This document shows, one piece after another, positions 38,720 through 48,277 of a stretch of DNA of 64,000 nt (position 1 is its first letter; the number at the start of each line of letters is the position of its first letter). A model generated the notes under the pieces. That model ran no database searches. It was not told where the DNA came from and worked only from the letters and a program-made list of their open reading frames with translations. The stretch lies in contig CAZKFF010000001.1 of the NCBI GenBank assembly GCA_964552045.1, positions 64,120-128,119 of the forward strand, in the 5' to 3' direction. A program made the translations under genes and the position numbers. The DNA is from an uncultured Candidatus Saccharibacteria bacterium. GTDB lineage: Bacteria > Patescibacteriota > Minisyncoccia > Phycocordibacterales > UBA918.

Positions 38720-38753
38720 CAAGAAAACACCCGCGCATGCGGGTGTTTTCTTG
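38720..38753 (-). terminator. Intrinsic terminator after rplY
   Basis: CAAGAAAACACCCGC-gcat-GCGGGTGTTTTCTTG. Confidence 0.75.
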
Positions 38754-38765
38754 TGGGATGCTCAT

Positions 38766-39395
38766 TTATTCTTTTGCTTCCGTCTCCTCGGACTTTCCTT
38801 TCGCCTCGACTTCCACAGCGTCCATATCAACCGGTACTGCTTCTGGCTCCGGCTCCTCCTCCACCTCCTGAACGAGTGCGACAACCTCTTCGCCGTCATG
38901 CTCTACTTTGATGCCATTCGGCACAACGAGGTTCTTCACATGGATCTGCTTCTCAAATGTATCAAGTCCGCTGATATCAACTTCGATATGCTGCGGCAAT
39001 GCGCTTGGCTTGCAGGTGATCTCTATCTCGTGAAGTACTTTTGTGAGCGAGCCTCCGGTTTTTGTAGCCGGCGCTTCGCCGACGAACTCAAGCGGCACGT
39101 GCACAGTGATCTCCTTGCCTTTCTCAATAGCATAGAAGTCCACATGTTCGACTCCTCCCTTCGCCGGGTTGAACGACACGTCATGCACCAACACCTCAAT
39201 GTCTTCACCGAGACCCACGAGATTGATGATCGTCGATTCCCCTGCTTCTTTGAGCATCTTCTCAAACACACCCTTATCAACCGCAATCGAAAGCGGCTCC
39301 TGCTTTGGACCATACACTACCGCCGGAATATTGCCGGCATTGCGCACCGCCTCAGCCCGAGTAGTCCTTTGCGTAACCTCTAATTTTACTGTCAT
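38766..39395 (-). CDS. rplY: 50S ribosomal protein L25 (Ctc-type)
   Basis: IPAVVYG, HVDFY, VPLEFVGEAPA, LPQHIEVDIS. Confidence 0.95.
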   Translation of the reverse strand: MTVKLEVTQRTTRAEAVRNAGNIPAVVYGPKQEPLSIAVDKGVFEKMLKEAGESTIINLVGLGEDIEVLVHDVSFNPAKGGVEHVDFYAIEKGKEITVHVPLEFVGEAPATKTGGSLTKVLHEIEITCKPSALPQHIEVDISGLDTFEKQIHVKNLVVPNGIKVEHDGEEVVALVQEVEEEPEPEAVPVDMDAVEVEAKGKSEETEAKE

Positions 39396-39450
39396 AGTGC
39401 GAATACCATATCACAATTTGGGGAAAGCTCAATGCTCGTTTAGCCCCTGC

Positions 39451-39459
39451 TGCTATACT
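39451..39459 (+). promoter_or_regulatory. Extended -10 promoter of a leaderless transcript
   Basis: TGCTATACT 6 nt before ATG 39466; the same TGnTAnnnT geometry recurs at several genes. Confidence 0.65.
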
Positions 39460-39465
39460 GTCTGT

Positions 39466-40473
39466 ATGTCTTTAGCATATGATTTTGTAGCGATCGGAGA
39501 CCTGGTCATTGATGCATTTATTGAGCTTTCCAAGGATGAAGCCGACGTATCCATCGACCTCGATACCGGCAGGAAGACCCTCCTGATGAAATTCGGGGAG
39601 AAGATACCGTATGAGAACGTGACGGTAGTGAACGCCGTCGGAAATTCCTCGAACGCCTCGGTCTCAGCACGGCGACTCGGACTGCAATCCGCCCTTATTT
39701 CAAGCGTGGGGCATGACCGGTACGGCAATGACTGCCTGCAAACGCTCCGCGAAGAAGGCGTCCATACCGATTACGTGAAGGTCCATGAGGGCAAATCCAC
39801 CAATTATCACTACGTTCTCCGTTATGGGCCTGAACGGACGATCCTTATAAAGCACGAGAAATTTCCCTACCTGCTGCCCAATTTCGAAAAGCCGCCGCGG
39901 TACATTTATTTCTCTTCCATCGGCGAGCACGGACTGCCTCACCATTTTGAGATAGCGAAGTTTGTGCGCGAACACCCGGAATCAAAGCTCGTATTCCAAC
40001 CGGGCACGTTCCAGATCAAGCTCGGAGCTGAAAAGCTGCAGGAAGTGTACGAGCAGACCGAGATATTCTTCTGCAACAAGGAAGAGGCGCAGACCATACT
40101 GAAGACAACACAGCAGCACATTCCCACGCTGCTGCGTGACTTCAAGAAACTCGGGCCGAAGCTTCCGGTCATCACCGACGGTCCCGGTGGTGCGTATGTG
40201 GTTGATGAAAATGACCAGGCGTGGCATATGCCTATGTACCCCGATCCTGCGGATCCGGTTGACCGAACTGGCGCAGGCGACGCATTCTCCTCAACCTTCA
40301 CTGCCGCAATAGCACTCGGGTTATCGCCAAAGGAGGCGCTCGCATGGGGACCGATCAATTCCATGTCGGTGGTCCAATACATTGGCGCACGAAAAGGGCT
40401 TCTGACAAAAGACCAGCTGTTGCAGTACCTGCAAAATGCGCCTGCGACATACACAGCCAAAGAGATTGACTAG
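39466..40473 (+). CDS. PfkB-family carbohydrate kinase
   Basis: GNSSNASVSARRLG, NKEEA, VDRTGAGDAF; start ATG 39466. Confidence 0.92.
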   Translation: MSLAYDFVAIGDLVIDAFIELSKDEADVSIDLDTGRKTLLMKFGEKIPYENVTVVNAVGNSSNASVSARRLGLQSALISSVGHDRYGNDCLQTLREEGVHTDYVKVHEGKSTNYHYVLRYGPERTILIKHEKFPYLLPNFEKPPRYIYFSSIGEHGLPHHFEIAKFVREHPESKLVFQPGTFQIKLGAEKLQEVYEQTEIFFCNKEEAQTILKTTQQHIPTLLRDFKKLGPKLPVITDGPGGAYVVDENDQAWHMPMYPDPADPVDRTGAGDAFSSTFTAAIALGLSPKEALAWGPINSMSVVQYIGARKGLLTKDQLLQYLQNAPATYTAKEID

Positions 40474-40484
40474 ACTGCATACAT

Positions 40485-40525
40485 AAAGGAAAAGGCCGAA
40501 AGCTTCGCTTTCGGCCTTTTCCTTT
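40485..40525. terminator. Bidirectional terminator
   Basis: AAAGGAAAAGGCCGAAAGC-ttc-GCTTTCGGCCTTTTCCTTT. Confidence 0.8.
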
Positions 40526-41514
40526 TAGCGCTCTACGGCGGCCCTAACCGCTGCAATAATGGAATCTGTATCCATGCCGTAATGAGCAATGAGTTCTTCC
40601 GGATCGCCTGATTGCCCGAACTGATCCTCAACACCGACCCTGATGATCCGCTTGGGGGCATGCGCACTGTAGTACTCCGCAATAGCCCCGCCCAATCCTC
40701 CGGCAACCTGATGCTCTTCGACAGTCACAATAAGATCATGAGCTTCCCCGAATTGGTCGAGCGCCGCCGTATCGAGCGGTTTGACCGTCGGCATGTGGAG
40801 CAGAGAGGCGCCGATTCCCTCCTCATTGAGTCGCTGCGCGGCAGACAATGCATTGTGCGCCAAAATCCCTGTGCTGATTATCCCGACTGTTTTTTCGTGA
40901 GCAGGGTTCTTATGGAAAAAAGTGTATGCTTTGCCGATCTCAAAGGGCGAGGACTCAGTTGTCACCACAGGAGATTTATCCCGGGCGATGCGAATATACA
41001 CCGGCCCGTCGTACTCCGCAGCGGCAAGCACCGCCTTCTGTGCCTCATGCACATCGCACGGGGCTATGACCACCATGTTCGGCATTACACGCATGAGTGC
41101 GATGTCCTCTATCGCCTGATGTGTTGCTCCGTCCGGTCCCACAGAGACGCCGGCATGAGCGCCGATGATCTTCACATTGCGGTTGTTGTAAGCAATGGTC
41201 GTTCGCACCTGTTCCCAGCTTCGTCCGGGAGAGAACATCGCATATGAAGCGATAAACGGTATCTTCCCGCAGGCAGCCATGCCCGAAGCTACCGAAGCCA
41301 TGTTCTGCTCGGCGACACCCACCTGCACAAACCGCTCAGGGAACGCCTCTGCAAACAGATTGGTGCGCGTCGATTCTGTGAGATCAGCGCATAAGGCGAC
41401 AACGCGCGCATCCTTTTCTGCCGCCTCTTTCAGACCTGTGCCGTATCCGTCCCGGTTCGGTATTTTTTCTACCTGATCGGTGCATATTCTTTTGTCGAGA
41501 TGATCTGCAAACAT
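40525..41514 (-). CDS. Transketolase C-terminal subunit
   Basis: GVAEQNM, GPDGATHQ, VEEHQVAGGLG. Confidence 0.93.
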   Translation of the reverse strand: MFADHLDKRICTDQVEKIPNRDGYGTGLKEAAEKDARVVALCADLTESTRTNLFAEAFPERFVQVGVAEQNMASVASGMAACGKIPFIASYAMFSPGRSWEQVRTTIAYNNRNVKIIGAHAGVSVGPDGATHQAIEDIALMRVMPNMVVIAPCDVHEAQKAVLAAAEYDGPVYIRIARDKSPVVTTESSPFEIGKAYTFFHKNPAHEKTVGIISTGILAHNALSAAQRLNEEGIGASLLHMPTVKPLDTAALDQFGEAHDLIVTVEEHQVAGGLGGAIAEYYSAHAPKRIIRVGVEDQFGQSGDPEELIAHYGMDTDSIIAAVRAAVER

Positions 41515-41516
41515 AC

Positions 41517-42410
41517 TTATGAGTCTGATGGGATTATGGTCCCTCCGAGCGTGCGCAGCCGCTGGAGCGCTATTTTCGCCTGCTCACTTCGCGGCACCCG
41601 GTCTTCCGGTCCCTTGCCCGGAGGATTACCGTGCCATTTGAAGTCGCGCTCGAACACATCCACGCCTTTTGAAGGGATGGTGTTGGCGATGATAACCGAT
41701 GGCTGGGAATAGATCGCCTGTGCTTTTCCGATGGCGTCATTGACCGCACGGATATTGTGTCCGTCCACTTCCTGCACATCGAAATTGAATGATTCAAATT
41801 TTTCCCGCAGCGGCTCGAGCGGCATTACGTCCTTGGTAAAACCGTCTATCTGAATGCCGTTGCGGTCGATGATGACCACGAGATTATGAAGCCCCTCCTT
41901 CCCCGCAAGCATAGCCGCTTCCCATATCTGCCCTTCGTTGAGTTCGCCGTCCCCGCAGATGCAATAGATGAACCGGGAGGTATACGGATTGTCCATGCGC
42001 TGCGCAATGGCCATGCCCACCGCCTGCGAGAGGCCCGAGCCTAAAGGTCCGGAACTCGTTTCGAGGCCCGGAAGCGACTCCCGATGCGGATGCCCCTGCA
42101 GACGCGAACCGAATTTGCGCAGTGTCAGCAGCTCCTCAATGGGAAAATAGCCCGCGTGCGCCATGGTCGCATACAGTACCGGACAGATGTGTCCTGCTGA
42201 AAGTACGAGACGGTCGCGGTCCTCCCAGTCCGGGTTCTTTGGGTCATGCTGCATGACGCTGAAATACAAAAGCGTGAAGATATCTGCCATATCAAGCGGA
42301 CCGGCAGTATGGCCGCTGCCGGCCGCAACCAGCATTTCTATTACGCTCTGACGTATCTCGTTCGCTTTCAATTCGAGCGCTTCTATCTCGGAAGTGGAAA
42401 GATAATGCAT
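41517..42410 (-). CDS. Transketolase N-terminal (TPP-binding) subunit
   Basis: SGH, DRLVLSAGH, LQGHP, GDGELNEGQIWEA. Confidence 0.93.
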   Translation of the reverse strand: MHYLSTSEIEALELKANEIRQSVIEMLVAAGSGHTAGPLDMADIFTLLYFSVMQHDPKNPDWEDRDRLVLSAGHICPVLYATMAHAGYFPIEELLTLRKFGSRLQGHPHRESLPGLETSSGPLGSGLSQAVGMAIAQRMDNPYTSRFIYCICGDGELNEGQIWEAAMLAGKEGLHNLVVIIDRNGIQIDGFTKDVMPLEPLREKFESFNFDVQEVDGHNIRAVNDAIGKAQAIYSQPSVIIANTIPSKGVDVFERDFKWHGNPPGKGPEDRVPRSEQAKIALQRLRTLGGTIIPSDS

Positions 42411-42430
42411 AACTACCCTTTAGTATATCC

Positions 42431-43576
42431 TTAGGAGAGACCAATGAGGCGTGCGAGCTGTTTATAGGCGGCGGCAGGATCCTTTGCGCGTGCGATCGCT
42501 GAACCGGGAGCAAAACGATTTACTCCCGCGTCGCGCAGACGCACGATAGTGTCCGCATTGACCGCGCCGTCGACTGCGATCTCCAGAGAAGGATGCGCTG
42601 TACGGAGCGCGGACACAGTCGCAATAGTCCGTTCGTCGAACGGCTCCCCTTGGACGCCGACATGCGCAATACCCATCACCTGCACAAAGTCTATCTCCGG
42701 GATATATGGCTCAAGCTCCGCATGCGGAATGTCATTGGTGACCGCAATACCGATTGAGTACCGATGCTCGCGCGCATGCGCGATGCATGCGGTGTATTCC
42801 TCTGTGCTGCCGAAGTGTATGACCACGCGCTTGACTCCCATGGATGCGCACAGGTCTAAAAAACGTTCGGGGTGCACGCACATACAGTCGATCTCAAGAT
42901 CAAATTGTTTTGTATAGCGCTGCAGCTTACCCAATTCTGCCTCGGCATTGGTCACCAGAAATGGCCACGAAGTGTGCGGCACGAATACTCCATCGACGAT
43001 ATCTATCTGGACCGCGTCTGCCGTTCCCGCAAGGGCATCAAGCAGTGTGGTAATTTCCTCAAAGGATGAGGCAGGAAGCGACGGCGCAAGAGCCAGGGAT
43101 GTATTCGGCGCGTGCACGCTGCTCAGCGTCTCGAGTTCCTCTATGCGGCGGTCATATTTCTCTTTTGGCTCATGCGCAGAAGCGAGCCAGAGCGCCACCG
43201 CCTTCTTGGCGGTCTGCTGGTCGAGGAATCGTGCGCCGAGCGACAGCACATTTGCGTCATTGTGCTGCCGTGAAAGCTTCACGATCTCATCACTTCCGCC
43301 GTAATAGACCGCAGCGCGGACGTCATGGAACCGGTTGGCCATCATGGCCTCCCCCTGCCCTGAGCCGCCGAGAATGATCGCCTTGGTCTGAAGCGGCCGC
43401 GCACTTACTTCCCTCGCAGCTTTCGCTATAAAGTCAGTGAAGTCATCCTCCGCATCGTACGCGTATGCGCCGCAGTCAACAACCTCATACCCGAGCTCAT
43501 CTCTGACATAGTCGATGAGCTTGTCTTTGAGTTCGAATCCGGCATGGTCAGAAGCAAAATAAATTGTATCCTCCAT
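42431..43576 (-). CDS. rpiB: Ribose-5-phosphate isomerase B fused to ribulose-phosphate 3-epimerase
   Basis: ASDHAG, GGSGQGE, SRQHNDANVLSLGAR; then LAPSL, QIDIVDGVFVP, VQVMG, IAVDGAVN. Confidence 0.9.
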   Translation of the reverse strand: MEDTIYFASDHAGFELKDKLIDYVRDELGYEVVDCGAYAYDAEDDFTDFIAKAAREVSARPLQTKAIILGGSGQGEAMMANRFHDVRAAVYYGGSDEIVKLSRQHNDANVLSLGARFLDQQTAKKAVALWLASAHEPKEKYDRRIEELETLSSVHAPNTSLALAPSLPASSFEEITTLLDALAGTADAVQIDIVDGVFVPHTSWPFLVTNAEAELGKLQRYTKQFDLEIDCMCVHPERFLDLCASMGVKRVVIHFGSTEEYTACIAHAREHRYSIGIAVTNDIPHAELEPYIPEIDFVQVMGIAHVGVQGEPFDERTIATVSALRTAHPSLEIAVDGAVNADTIVRLRDAGVNRFAPGSAIARAKDPAAAYKQLARLIGLS

Positions 43577-43585
43577 AGAAAAAGA

Positions 43586-44626
43586 TCACATGCCCGTTTT
43601 TGCATTGAAGAATCGTGAGACTGCAGCCACGTGAGTGACAAGCGTGTGGGTATAGCTTGACTCGTTGTCGTACCACGCAAGTACCTTCACGAGGTTGCCG
43701 TCAACCACGCGGGTCATGGCCAGGTCAGCAATAGCGCCATATCGTGCGCCGATGATATCGGAAGACACGAGCGGCTCGTCCGTCACCGCAAAAAGATCCT
43801 TCCAGTTATCGGTTACAGCGGCTTTTTTGAGCGCTTCATTGACCTCTTCAACACTGGTATTGCGGGACGCGATGAAGGTGACGTCCACGATCGAACCGAC
43901 CGCCACTGGAACGCGGATGGCAATGCCATCAAACTTATTGGACAGGTCCGTGTGCGCAAGCGTTGTTGCTTTTGCAGCGCCGGTAGATGTCGGCACGATA
44001 TTCATAGCAGCTGCCCGTCCTGCCCGGAGATCCTTCTTGTTCGGACCGTCAACAAGCGACTGGGACGCGGTATAAGCATGGGTGGTGTTGAGTATTGCCT
44101 TTTCAATACCGATCGCTTCCTTGAGGATTGCGATAAGCGGGCTGGTTGCATTGGTGGTGCAGGAGGCATTGGAGCTTATGGTGCAGGTTGCGAGCATGGC
44201 GTCATTGACGCCCATGAGCACAGTAGCCCCGGTTACGCCCGCAGCAGACGGGTCGTCCTTTACCGGGCCAGAGATCACCACGCGCTTCGCGCCGGCATCG
44301 AGATGGGCCTTGGAGCCTTCATAGCTGGTGAAAAATCCGGTTGATTCGACCACCACATCAATGCCCATATCATTCCATGGCAACGCCTTCGGATCTTTTT
44401 CCTGCAGGAAGGTGATCTTCTTGCCGTCGATCAAAAGCGCTCCTTCCTTTACTTCAATATTCATCTGCGCATGGCCGTAGACGGTATCGTACTTCAAAAG
44501 ATATGCCAGGCTTTCGAGCGAGCCGAGATCATTGATGGCCACTATCTCAAAATCGGGATGACCGAACGCCATTCTGAAGAACGTGCGGCCGATGCGACCA
44601 AAACCGTTGATTGCTACTTTCGCCAT
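43586..44626 (-). CDS. gap: Glyceraldehyde-3-phosphate dehydrogenase (type I)
   Basis: INGFGRIGR, SNASCTTN, WYDNE. Confidence 0.97.
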   Translation of the reverse strand: MAKVAINGFGRIGRTFFRMAFGHPDFEIVAINDLGSLESLAYLLKYDTVYGHAQMNIEVKEGALLIDGKKITFLQEKDPKALPWNDMGIDVVVESTGFFTSYEGSKAHLDAGAKRVVISGPVKDDPSAAGVTGATVLMGVNDAMLATCTISSNASCTTNATSPLIAILKEAIGIEKAILNTTHAYTASQSLVDGPNKKDLRAGRAAAMNIVPTSTGAAKATTLAHTDLSNKFDGIAIRVPVAVGSIVDVTFIASRNTSVEEVNEALKKAAVTDNWKDLFAVTDEPLVSSDIIGARYGAIADLAMTRVVDGNLVKVLAWYDNESSYTHTLVTHVAAVSRFFNAKTGM

Positions 44627-44706
44627 GGATCATTGAAAATTATATTGCTAACTGCATATAACTATACGCCATCATCCTTCCTTCATACAGGGGTATTATC
44701 CTCACG

Positions 44707-46407
44707 CTACTTCCGCTTTGCGAGCACTGCGAGGATGAAAACCACGCAACACAGCGCGATGCACGCCAGGAAGAACGGGTGCACGAAGAACAAGGGCAGG
44801 CCGGAGATGACCGCAGCCCCGGTAGTACTGCTCTCGATGAAGACAAAAGATGCACAGAGCAAACCGGTACAGAACAGCACGATACACAGTACTTTCAGGG
44901 CAGCAACGGCTGTGTGACGAGTCATCTTTTTACGCACGATCACATACACAAGCAATAACAGAAGCCCGAGGGCAATCGCCCAAAAGAAAGGCCCTGTAGT
45001 GTAGAAAATCCGCTCCGTACTTCCCGACAAGCCTGTGGGCGATAATGGTGCGCCTGCAAGGAAACGGTACGAGCCTTCAACCTGCTGCATCTTCTGAGTC
45101 TTGTGGTCAAACACGGTAACGACAACCGGATAGACTCCGGCTGTGCGAAGCGGTGCTATATGTGCTTCATAGTCTGTCTTGTCCTTGTTGATGCGCAGGA
45201 GGAACGAGAACGTGAGATTCTGATCCACCGGATGCGTGAACGTCACGCGGACGGTCTTCAGATGTTCCGGGAGCTTTTCATATGCTATGCGCAGAAGAAA
45301 CGGTGCATTCGCATCAAGCGTGCCGCCCTGAACCTGTGCGCCATTCTGTATGACTTCGATATCGCTAAACGACAGCGGGAATGCCGGATAATGCTCGGTG
45401 TCACCGCTGGTTGCAATGGCCTGTTGCGCTGCGGCAACCACCGCGCCTGAGGAAATGTTGCCCTGCGTGTCGTACGCAAATACCGTATAGTACTGCGCGT
45501 CATATTTTGAAAGTGCCCGGCTGTCTGAAAAGACTTCGGCATCTCCCTGATACGCGATGAACCCGTCATACGGATCATCCGGATAGAACAAGTGGCTCCG
45601 CACAATGCGCACAAAGGCGAAATCGGGATCGCTTGGGTTCTCCCATGAAAGCTCCACATCATTGCCAGACAGAGCCGCGCGCAAACCGGAGACATTCGAC
45701 GGCGGCGTTATGTCGGGTGCTTCAAGTGTTTTGAATTCTCCTGATGAAAGCGCGTGCCTGCGCCCGTCGCGGTCAAAGCCGAGCAGCTGATAAGAATAGG
45801 TCGTACCGGGCTCCAGATCGGTGATTACAGTCGAGTGGGTATGCTTGAAGAGCTCGTTTGAGACGAACCCGAGTTCATATGCTGCGGTCCTGCCCCAGCG
45901 CAGTTCAAACTGTGCATAGCCTCTTGTCTGCCATTCCACCTGTACGGTTCGGATATCCGGGATGACATCAAAATGGATCAGGTACAGATCGCTTCCACCG
46001 CCTCCATCGTCAGACACAGGCGCAGGTATGTCCAACGTAGTGGTGGAAACTGCCGCTGACGATGACGAGAAGTTTTCGGATGTATCGAAAGCGGTCACAA
46101 AATAGCTGTACAAGGTGTCCGCAGTCAGGCCGGTATCCGCATAGGTGGTCAAAGATGTGGTTGCAATCTGGATTGCATCACGGAAGACCTGGTATCCGCC
46201 AAGCACGGTATCGTCAGTTGCGGCATTCCATGAAAGGTCGATCTGCGAAGAAGCAACCGGCGTTGCGCTTAGTCCTGTCGGAGTCGTGGGCGGATTGGCG
46301 TCCCCCACTATACGCATGCGTACATTGAACTCGTCCGTCTGTGCCTGCGCTGCAAAAACGCAGACGAAGAGAAATACAGCCACATGTATGCAGAGTCTGG
46401 AGATCAT
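44707..46407 (-). CDS. Fibronectin type III-domain surface protein with C-terminal TM helices
   Basis: Signal peptide; PTGLSAT...LSWNAATD...YQVFRD...GLTADTLYSY; ITDLEPGTTYSY; three hydrophobic helices then KRK. Confidence 0.85.
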   Translation of the reverse strand: MISRLCIHVAVFLFVCVFAAQAQTDEFNVRMRIVGDANPPTTPTGLSATPVASSQIDLSWNAATDDTVLGGYQVFRDAIQIATTSLTTYADTGLTADTLYSYFVTAFDTSENFSSSSAAVSTTTLDIPAPVSDDGGGGSDLYLIHFDVIPDIRTVQVEWQTRGYAQFELRWGRTAAYELGFVSNELFKHTHSTVITDLEPGTTYSYQLLGFDRDGRRHALSSGEFKTLEAPDITPPSNVSGLRAALSGNDVELSWENPSDPDFAFVRIVRSHLFYPDDPYDGFIAYQGDAEVFSDSRALSKYDAQYYTVFAYDTQGNISSGAVVAAAQQAIATSGDTEHYPAFPLSFSDIEVIQNGAQVQGGTLDANAPFLLRIAYEKLPEHLKTVRVTFTHPVDQNLTFSFLLRINKDKTDYEAHIAPLRTAGVYPVVVTVFDHKTQKMQQVEGSYRFLAGAPLSPTGLSGSTERIFYTTGPFFWAIALGLLLLLVYVIVRKKMTRHTAVAALKVLCIVLFCTGLLCASFVFIESSTTGAAVISGLPLFFVHPFFLACIALCCVVFILAVLAKRK

Positions 46408-47165
46408 AAGGGCAGTGCGGTTACTGTTGTTGTGGCAACATACGAGCCGGGCGCCTGGATGACCGACCCCCCCACCCCAACACGGAAGCGGATCGATGTC
46501 GTCGCGCCTGTGGGATGATTGGCGCTTCCGTGAGACGCAATTATTTCAGGTGCGGTAGAAAGACCGTCCCAGCATGCAAATGGCGTTTCTCCGGAGCCGG
46601 TATTGCAGGACGACCCATTGTCCTTAAAGCGCTGCACAACGTCAGCGCCTTCGGGAGTGTAGCCCAAATGCGCGTCAGCTGCGCCAGTTTCGAACGAGAA
46701 GTCCGGATCGCCCTGCGGTGCATAATCTGCGATCGCATCGGGTCCTTTCTGCATAGCCGGACTGTCTGATGCGGCAATGGAAAGCGCATAGCCGGAAGGA
46801 CTGTCGGTGATGACCGTAACAGTGGTCGATCCGTTCGCTATGCCGCCTGACACACCCGGAATCGACGGAGAGAGCGCAATATCCGATGACGCGCTGAGCG
46901 CGATGTATACCTCCTGCATCTGCTGATATCCCGCCTTCAATGCGTAGTTCGTACTCGTGGACACACCGCTTGCAAGTTCTCCCGCAGTGGATTCCAAGAC
47001 ATAATTGGTTGAAGTGGAAAGCCCGCCACTGAAGTTGATGCTGTCGCTCTGGATCTGAAAGTTACTGCTCTCCATCACCTGCGCGCCGGCACAATGAAGG
47101 CTGGCTACGACCAAAAGTGTAGCGATACTTGCTTGAGATAATGGCGAGAATAATTCTCTCCACAT
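46404..47165 (-). CDS. Secreted WxL/Csu-like beta-sandwich protein, paralog of 48278-48964
   Basis: Signal peptide; TVITDSPSGYALSI, C..CWDG, RFRVG...GSYVATTTVTA. Confidence 0.7.
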   Translation of the reverse strand: MWRELFSPLSQASIATLLVVASLHCAGAQVMESSNFQIQSDSINFSGGLSTSTNYVLESTAGELASGVSTSTNYALKAGYQQMQEVYIALSASSDIALSPSIPGVSGGIANGSTTVTVITDSPSGYALSIAASDSPAMQKGPDAIADYAPQGDPDFSFETGAADAHLGYTPEGADVVQRFKDNGSSCNTGSGETPFACWDGLSTAPEIIASHGSANHPTGATTSIRFRVGVGGSVIQAPGSYVATTTVTALPL

Positions 47166-47173
47166 GGCACAGG

Positions 47174-48262
47174 TTACTTAGACTTTCGTTTAAACTCGAA
47201 ATTTCGTGCAAAGAAGCGAATTATGAAGAAGACGAGGAAGAGTCCGAGGAATACCGGCAATACGATCTTCCACGGAAGCACCCAGAAGGTTATGGTCTGC
47301 GTATCGATAATGTCATCATACCCGCGGTTGATGTGTGCAGTTGCTGTGTACTTGCCGATGAGCAGCTCACGGTTCCAGGAGATCTCCCGCGAACGCAGCG
47401 ATTTCGGCAATGCAAACCACGGATCAAGCTCAACGAAGCCGACCTCCTCATTGAAGAGGTTCGTAATCCTGATCTCTCCGTACGGATTCAGGTGGAGGTC
47501 TCCTTTGTTCTCGTACAGTATCTGAAAATTGATCGGGCCTTCAGTGAAGAACTGCTGATCGGGTACCGTAGCAAAACTGTGCAACTCTCCTGCTATCTCC
47601 GTTTCTCCAGGAATGGTCAAGAAAAAAAGCGTTCCTACACGGGAAATGATAGCTGAAGACGGTGAGGCACCATTCGTTTCAGCAATGTCGGCCTTCTTCG
47701 AAACGGTTGTAACAAGCACACTGCCGTAGCGTCCGCCCGGTTCAGCATTTGGAGGGACTGCAACAGTTACTGGAATACGAGCCCGTTGATTGTGTTTAAG
47801 CGTCAGCTTCTTGGTCGGAAGCTGTATATAGTCTTTGAGCGTATAGGGACCCCTGTCATCACCGAGAAGCACGACAGGTGTCCGAGGATCATCGGAGCCG
47901 GTTGCGTCTTCAACAAACAGTTCAAACTCGCGTTCCTCGCCTGTTCTGTTTGAGACGATGATCTCAACAGTCTTAGATGAGCCGGGAGCGACCGTGAGTT
48001 CAGTCTTGCCCGGTCCGACCACAAAGTCACCAGGAACCTCGTCCGACGCAGAGGTGAGCATTTCGGTTGAGTATCCGGCCTGGGCAGGAGTTTGAACGGT
48101 TCCGGCCTCCTGGGTAGGATCCCCTTCCATAGCGTCTGTGCCAGTTGCTGTTTCCTGTGCAGAAGCCGGAAGGCCGCCGAGCAGCATGGCTGCAAACAAA
48201 ACAACAACTACCGCACACACAGAGGCGGTAGTTGCTGTCTTAAAGGAGTGACCATTCATCAT
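47174..48262 (-). CDS. DUF916/DUF3324-like (WxL-interacting) membrane-anchored protein
   Basis: LTVAPG...IIVSN, IPVTVAVPPNAEPGGRYG, ENKGDLHL, GKYTA, FWVLPW followed by TM and basic tail. Confidence 0.7.
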   Translation of the reverse strand: MMNGHSFKTATTASVCAVVVVLFAAMLLGGLPASAQETATGTDAMEGDPTQEAGTVQTPAQAGYSTEMLTSASDEVPGDFVVGPGKTELTVAPGSSKTVEIIVSNRTGEEREFELFVEDATGSDDPRTPVVLLGDDRGPYTLKDYIQLPTKKLTLKHNQRARIPVTVAVPPNAEPGGRYGSVLVTTVSKKADIAETNGASPSSAIISRVGTLFFLTIPGETEIAGELHSFATVPDQQFFTEGPINFQILYENKGDLHLNPYGEIRITNLFNEEVGFVELDPWFALPKSLRSREISWNRELLIGKYTATAHINRGYDDIIDTQTITFWVLPWKIVLPVFLGLFLVFFIIRFFARNFEFKRKSK

Positions 48263-48277
48263 TAGAATGATTTTATG

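Noticed and set aside
45020-45060. LSPTG before the TM helices of the FN3 protein as a sortase motif
   Set aside because: Does not fit the xPxTG spacing and is followed by three TM helices
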